From the NCBI GenBank assembly GCA_964522435.1, contig CAZFUL010000004.1:54360-118359 (forward strand): a stretch of DNA of 64,000 nucleotides, read 5' to 3'. How positions within the stretch are numbered: position 1 is the first letter of the stretch; the number at the start of each line of letters is the position of its first letter. The position numbers and the translations under genes were made by a program. Positions 58,864 through 64,000 of the stretch are shown here, in pieces. This DNA comes from an uncultured Gammaproteobacteria bacterium. Its GTDB lineage: Bacteria > Patescibacteriota > Patescibacteriia > Magasanikbacterales > UBA922. The notes under the pieces were generated by a model. The model was not told the origin of the DNA. It worked only from the letters and a program-made list of their open reading frames with translations, and made no database searches.

Positions 58864-60689
58864 TGAACCTGTTGTTCTTCATGAAAGGCGAGGATGGTGC
58901 CAACAAAAAGTGCGCCATACTCATCATAGAGTGCTCGGGTCATGCCGGGAACTTGCTGCATGTGTTCTTCGTTAACTGGCATGTGTTTGGCCATGTGTGC
59001 CAGCATGGTATCGTTCATCATGACACAAATGCGTTGTTCATCTTCTGCAATTTCTTTTCGTAGTCGCAAAAGGGTATCAAAAAGTTGCGTATTTTTTTCT
59101 TGTGGGGCCTGCGTAGTATATGATGGATATTGTTGAGAGATACTTTCGTACGCATTCTGAACAAATACGGATAAACTAATTGTTCGTTCTCCACATAAAA
59201 TTTCTTTGCCTTTGTTGGTAAGTTGTACTATAGCGGTATCTTTTTTGTGCGGTTGGATCACCCCTAATTGCTCTAACTCCTGAATATAATATTGCCAGGC
59301 AGATCGAGAGAGTTCTTTTCCACAACCAAATGTTTGTAAGGCGGTATATCCCTGGGTAAGGAGTGTGGGGTGGTACTCACCCAAAAGGATAGCAATAATG
59401 GTTGCTGTATGAGCATCGGTACCCAGCCGAGCAATGGCAGAACAAATTTTTTGGGTAATAATGGTGCCATCTATATAGGCACCAGATTCTTCACAGCGAT
59501 CGCAGGAACCACAACGGTCTTTTGCGCTTTCATCAAAGTATTCAAGTAACAGTTGCCTTCGACAGAGTTTGGTAGAAGCATAGGCATACATGTCAGAAAG
59601 TTTCTTTTTTTGAATAGCACTATTGGCTGTTTGCTCAATCATTGGCTCAATCATTTTAATATCCGCTTTACTATAAAAGAGCAAGGCATCACTCGCTTGC
59701 CCATCTCTGCCTGCACGACCAATTTCTTGATAATAGCCTTCAATATTTTTTGGCATGTTGTAATGAATCACCCAACGAATATCTGGTTTATCTATACCCA
59801 TACCAAAAGCAATCGTCGCGCATAAAACGGGAATTTCTCCGTTCATAAACGCCTGTTGCACTGCAGAGCGTTCTTCTGCGGTAAGACCCGCATGATAATA
59901 CCCAGCCCGAATGCCTTGCTCACGGAGTTTTTGTGCAAGAAACTGGGTTGATTTTCTACTTAAGGTATACACAATGCCATTTTTCCCGGGGCGTTCTTGA
60001 ATAAATGATAACAAGGATTCAAATCGTTTTTGTCCAGGAAGGGCGCGTAAGTAAATATTTGGTCTATCAAAAGAGGTGGTAAACACCACTGGTTGTTTTA
60101 ATGCAAGTTGGGTAACAATATCTTGTTTGGTCGTCGCGTCTGCGGTGGCGGTTAATGCTAAAAAAGGTGTTTGTTGATAGATGGATCGAATAGTTTTAAT
60201 TTTGGTATATTCTTTTCTAAAATCATGCCCCCAGGTAGAAACACAGTGCGCTTCATCAATCGCAACAAGACTGACTTTCAATCGCTCGAGGAGCGACAAC
60301 ATATCTGCAGAAACAAATTTTTCCGGAGACACATAGAGTAATTTTACTTCTTGTCGTAATAATCGGTTAATAACCTCTTGCTGGGCATCACTATCAAGAC
60401 TACTGTTTATGTAGGCTGCGCCAATTTTTTTTTCTGTGAGTGCCTGTACTTGGTCCTTCATGAGAGAAATAAGCGGAGAGATAACAATGGTTATTCCTGG
60501 TAGCATGAGTGCCGGGATTTGGTAACAGAGCGATTTGCCTGCTCCTGTTGGCATAAGCACCAGTGCATCTTTTTGCGCCAAGACGGTATCAATAATATCC
60601 TTTTGTGGAAAACGAAACTCCGGTAAGCGGAAGTATGTTTCTAAGTAATATTGTGGCGTTCGCTCGTACATATGGGCATATTGTATCAT
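58860..60689 (-). CDS. recQ: ATP-dependent DNA helicase RecQ
   Basis: MPTGAGKSLCYQIPAL; DEAH box VAIDEAHCVSTWGHDFR; RecQ zinc-binding cysteines (CRRQ...CGSCDRC); HRDC-like C-terminus. Confidence 0.93.
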   Translation of the reverse strand: MIQYAHMYERTPQYYLETYFRLPEFRFPQKDIIDTVLAQKDALVLMPTGAGKSLCYQIPALMLPGITIVISPLISLMKDQVQALTEKKIGAAYINSSLDSDAQQEVINRLLRQEVKLLYVSPEKFVSADMLSLLERLKVSLVAIDEAHCVSTWGHDFRKEYTKIKTIRSIYQQTPFLALTATADATTKQDIVTQLALKQPVVFTTSFDRPNIYLRALPGQKRFESLLSFIQERPGKNGIVYTLSRKSTQFLAQKLREQGIRAGYYHAGLTAEERSAVQQAFMNGEIPVLCATIAFGMGIDKPDIRWVIHYNMPKNIEGYYQEIGRAGRDGQASDALLFYSKADIKMIEPMIEQTANSAIQKKKLSDMYAYASTKLCRRQLLLEYFDESAKDRCGSCDRCEESGAYIDGTIITQKICSAIARLGTDAHTATIIAILLGEYHPTLLTQGYTALQTFGCGKELSRSAWQYYIQELEQLGVIQPHKKDTAIVQLTNKGKEILCGERTISLSVFVQNAYESISQQYPSYTTQAPQEKNTQLFDTLLRLRKEIAEDEQRICVMMNDTMLAHMAKHMPVNEEHMQQVPGMTRALYDEYGALFVGTILAFHEEQQVH

Positions 60690-60759
60690 GCTTTTGTATT
60701 CGCAAAAAAGGTGAGTTATATGCTATTCTATACACAGAGTTATAGACAGTTTATTCTTA

Positions 60760-61188
60760 ATGGCACCGCCATACTATATGTCATATTCATTAGGACAGTT
60801 GAGTCTTATTTACCTTGGGTCTACGGTTGTTTTTTTCGCAATCGATATGCTCTGGCTAGGCGTTATTGCCAAGTCATTTTATCAAACACAGCTCGCGGCC
60901 TTTATGGGGCCGGTAAATTGGGTTGCTGCGATTATCTTTTATTTGGTGTTTATTATCGGGATTTTATTTTTTGTTTCGTTACCGGCAGCAGAAACTGGCT
61001 TGTGGTATAAAGCGTTACTCTATGGGGCGTTATTTGGCTTTTTTACCTACGCCACCTATGACCTAACCAATTTTGCTACACTCAAAGATTGGCCATTTAT
61101 TGTGGTTGTTGTTGATATGATTTGGGGGATGGTTATTACCTCAACCGTCGGGTTAGTTGGTTATTTCATTGCGCGATGGATTGCGTAA
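60760..61188 (+). CDS. Small four-TM membrane protein (DUF2177-like), hypothetical
   Basis: 142 aa with four hydrophobic helices. Directly upstream of the photolyase and overlapping it. Confidence 0.45.
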   Translation: MAPPYYMSYSLGQLSLIYLGSTVVFFAIDMLWLGVIAKSFYQTQLAAFMGPVNWVAAIIFYLVFIIGILFFVSLPAAETGLWYKALLYGALFGFFTYATYDLTNFATLKDWPFIVVVVDMIWGMVITSTVGLVGYFIARWIA

Positions 61189-61189
61189 T

Positions 61190-62554
61190 ATGATTGAATC
61201 AGAACGGATTCATGTGCTTAATACACAGCCCCGCCAAGAGCAGGGAAGCTATGTTGTGTATGTTATGCAAGCAGCACAACGAGTGGAATATAATCATGCC
61301 CTTGAATATGCCATTCGTATGGCAAATACAAAAAATTTGCCCCTGGTGGTATATAGTGAACTTATCGATACGTATCCTGGTGAAAATTTGCGGCACTACA
61401 CCTTTATGATTGAAGGGTTGCGGGAGGTTGTTGTGTCGCTGAAAAAACAGGGGATTCAAACGGTGGTGCATTATCAAAAAAGTAAACAAAAGACAACAGA
61501 TCTTCTTTTGTTGTCTGCGCAAGCGTATGCTGTTGTTACGGATATTGGCTATACTCGTTTTCAACGAGAGTGGCGAGCACGCTATGCCAAAAAGATTTCT
61601 TGTGAATTCGTGGGGGTAGAAACAAATGTCGTGATTCCTGTAGCGGTTGCCTCACAAAAAGAAGAATATGCGGCAAAAACAATTCGTCCAAAAATACACA
61701 AGCAACTAACAAGATATCTTGTACCACTGCGTCATAGCAAGGTAAAACAGTCAAGTGTATCACTTTCTTTTCACTCCTACGATATATACAGCGAACAGGT
61801 GTTTAGCGATGTTCCTTTTAATAAAGAGGTGACGTCTGTTTCACGATATTTTTCTGGCGGAACAAGTGAGGCAAAAAAATGGTTAACTCTTTTTTTTCAA
61901 AAAAAATTAGCTACCTATGCGGATACCCGCAATGATCCGAGTGAACAAAGCCTGTCCTGCATGAGTCCGTATTTGCATGCTGGGCAAATATCACCCCTCT
62001 ATATTGCCTTGCAAGCGCACAAACAAGCACAGAGCGCGGTGGATGTGTTTTTAGAAGAGCTTATTGTGCGCCGAGAATTGGCAATTAATTTTACCTGGTT
62101 TCAACCGAACTATGATAGCTATGACTGTCTCCCGGACTGGGCAAAAAAAACCTTAGATGCCCATCGTGCTGATACACGGGAATATGTGTATAGTCAAAAA
62201 CAATTTGAACAAGCACAAACCCATGATCCGTATTGGAATGCGGCGCAAAGAGAAATGCTCATAACCGGCAAAATGCATGGCTACATGCGCATGTATTGGG
62301 GGAAAAAAATACTTGAATGGGCAAAAACACCAGAAGAGGCGTTTCGTATTGCGCTGTATCTAAATGATACCTATGAATTAGATGGAAGAGATCCCAATGG
62401 CTATGCCGGGGTTGCCTGGTGTTTTGGAAAGCATGATCGTCCCTGGTTTGAACGGGAGATTTTTGGTCAGGTGCGCTATATGAATGCTGCTGGACTCAAA
62501 CGAAAATTTGCTATTGATGCGTATGTCGCATATGTTCATTCACTAACAGCATAA
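61190..62554 (+). CDS. phr: Deoxyribodipyrimidine photolyase, class II
   Basis: C-terminal FAD-binding block NAAQREMLITGKMHGYMRMYWGKKILEW and the class II layout. The start is set at the Met immediately after the upstream stop. Confidence 0.85.
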   Translation: MIESERIHVLNTQPRQEQGSYVVYVMQAAQRVEYNHALEYAIRMANTKNLPLVVYSELIDTYPGENLRHYTFMIEGLREVVVSLKKQGIQTVVHYQKSKQKTTDLLLLSAQAYAVVTDIGYTRFQREWRARYAKKISCEFVGVETNVVIPVAVASQKEEYAAKTIRPKIHKQLTRYLVPLRHSKVKQSSVSLSFHSYDIYSEQVFSDVPFNKEVTSVSRYFSGGTSEAKKWLTLFFQKKLATYADTRNDPSEQSLSCMSPYLHAGQISPLYIALQAHKQAQSAVDVFLEELIVRRELAINFTWFQPNYDSYDCLPDWAKKTLDAHRADTREYVYSQKQFEQAQTHDPYWNAAQREMLITGKMHGYMRMYWGKKILEWAKTPEEAFRIALYLNDTYELDGRDPNGYAGVAWCFGKHDRPWFEREIFGQVRYMNAAGLKRKFAIDAYVAYVHSLTA

Positions 62555-62557
62555 TAT

Positions 62558-63334
62558 ATGGAAATAGATTCTTTTTTATGGGTATGCGCAAGCATATTCG
62601 TGTACATGACGGTAGGATTTATCATCTCTGTGCTGCGTAAGCGCAATGATATTGCGGATATCTTGTGGGGCATAGGGTTTATTGTTGCCATGCTTGTGGC
62701 AACCCTGTTGCAAGATGTATTTACCACGCGCATGCTCCTGCTTGGTATATTAGTGTCACTGTGGGGAATACGGTTAGCTATTCATATAGGCACCCGCAAC
62801 AAAGGAAAAAAAGAAGACTTTCGTTATGCGCAGTGGCGCAAAGATTGGGGAAAGTGGTTTTTATTGCGCTCATATGCCCAAGTATTTTTATTACAAGGAC
62901 TGTTGTTAGTTGTGGTTGTGTCACCTGTTATCTTGAATGCCATGTATGACGCGGCATGGAAATGGTCGTGGCTCGATAGTCTTGGGCTTGTTATTTGGAT
63001 GATTGGTTTTTTCTTTGAAGCCGTAGGGGATTATCAACTGCGGTCGTTTTTGGCAACAAATAAAAAAGCGGGTACTATTATGCAGAGTGGGTTATGGCGC
63101 TATACCAGACATCCAAATTATTTTGGCGAAGTGACCTTATGGTGGGGAATTGGGATTATTGCTTTTTCTGGAACAGGTATGGTGCTATCATTTGTTGGGC
63201 CGGTCGTGATTAGTTATTTGATCTTGTTTGTTTCTGGGGTGCCGTTACTCGAGAAAAAGTATGCAGGCAATGCGGCGTTTGAAGCATATAAAAAGAAAAC
63301 ATCCGTATTTTTTCCCTTGCCGCCAAAAAAATAA
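62558..63334 (+). CDS. DUF1295/steroid-5-alpha-reductase-like membrane protein (ICMT/PEMT-like fold)
   Basis: YTRHPNYFGE motif with surrounding TM helices. Confidence 0.55.
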   Translation: MEIDSFLWVCASIFVYMTVGFIISVLRKRNDIADILWGIGFIVAMLVATLLQDVFTTRMLLLGILVSLWGIRLAIHIGTRNKGKKEDFRYAQWRKDWGKWFLLRSYAQVFLLQGLLLVVVVSPVILNAMYDAAWKWSWLDSLGLVIWMIGFFFEAVGDYQLRSFLATNKKAGTIMQSGLWRYTRHPNYFGEVTLWWGIGIIAFSGTGMVLSFVGPVVISYLILFVSGVPLLEKKYAGNAAFEAYKKKTSVFFPLPPKK

Positions 63335-63372
63335 CGTACTCGAGTACCGTATTATGTAATTTCTCTCATGCT

Positions 63373-64000
63373 ATGAAAAAACAATCTGTTAGGAGTAATT
63401 TAAAGAAATATAGCCGACCACTCGCTGGTATTGTGGCTATGGTAATACTCTCTGGTTGTACACAGCAAGCACCATCGTATAATAATCTGTCTGAAACAGG
63501 GGTCATAACGAGTGGTCCTGAGGATACAGTCATTGTTCCCTCAGGAGAGGATGTCATTGTTGAAACAACAAATACGAGACCATCTGATGCGGATAGAGAC
63601 ACCTTTGAAATAATTAATCGATATTATTCAAAGGACAACAATCACGGTTTTATGAATGGCCATAAGATTGAAGGCAGTGATGGAAAAACATTTTCGTATA
63701 TTGCAGACTTTTATACAAAAGATAAAAATTTTGTATTTTATGGCAATGCAAAAATTGACGGAGCTGACCCAGATACATTTGAATTTTTAAATTTTCATTA
63801 CGCCAAAGATGCACATCATGGGTATTTTGATGGAAAAAAAATTGAGGGCAGTGATGGCGCTAGTTTTGAGGTAATTGATCTTGATTATGCCAAAGATATC
63901 CATACGGTTTATTATTTTGGAGAAAAAAAGATAGGGCAGAGCAGTAGTTTTATCAAATTAAACGATTCCTACGGAAAAGATAGTGACTATGCTTATTATA
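63373..64000 (+). CDS. Lipoprotein with DKNYY-family repeats (3' end lies outside the window)
   Basis: Signal peptide with lipobox ILSGCT. Tandem roughly 30-aa repeats of the form Y.KD.NH.YF.G.KIEG(A/S)D..TFE (DKNYY-type). The frame is open to the window end. Confidence 0.6.
   Translation, partial: MKKQSVRSNLKKYSRPLAGIVAMVILSGCTQQAPSYNNLSETGVITSGPEDTVIVPSGEDVIVETTNTRPSDADRDTFEIINRYYSKDNNHGFMNGHKIEGSDGKTFSYIADFYTKDKNFVFYGNAKIDGADPDTFEFLNFHYAKDAHHGYFDGKKIEGSDGASFEVIDLDYAKDIHTVYYFGEKKIGQSSSFIKLNDSYGKDSDYAYY

Overview
AT-rich bacterial chromosomal window. It is densely packed with housekeeping genes, mostly on the + strand: a truncated rluA-family gene, gmk, rplS, uvrA, rpsB-tsf, nrnA-like, valS, tyrS, argS, pdaD, groES-groEL, prfB, tsaC, ksgA, yidC, recQ, comFC and a class II photolyase. 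It also carries a surface-glycan cluster of WbaP, three GT4 glycosyltransferases and an O-antigen-ligase-like protein. Release factor 2 is intact and no in-frame TGA was noticed in conserved genes, so the standard genetic code is assumed. The overall feel (short YidC, a giant secreted protein next to a minimal T4SS-like module, small streamlined operons) suggests a Gram-positive-like or Patescibacteria/CPR-like organism, but this is inference only.

Non-protein features found by eye: a tRNA-Leu(GAG); a previously untracked RNase P RNA on the minus strand (P4 helix with the bulged U and a compensatory covariation); a CIRCE-like operator upstream of groES; a long structured rpsB leader; and several intrinsic terminators.

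The most unusual region is 38.4-58.1 kb. It holds a membrane-anchored EF-hand protein, a 3017-aa cysteine-rich secreted giant protein, and a VirB6/TrbL-like polytopic protein with a long coiled-coil tail. These are followed by two unknowns, a PrgI/VirB3-like small membrane protein, a VirB4 ATPase split by a single in-frame TAA, a bitopic VirB8-sized protein and ComFC. Together this is a T4SS-like, possibly DNA-uptake or host-attachment apparatus, with no relaxase, coupling protein or VirB11 in the window.

Three short, sharply bounded GC-rich islands interrupt the AT-rich background. Each encodes one envelope protein. One sits between tRNA-Leu and rnpB; one lies inside the T4SS-like locus and encodes a thrombospondin-type-3-repeat lipoprotein. 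They look like recent foreign DNA or assembly chimeras.
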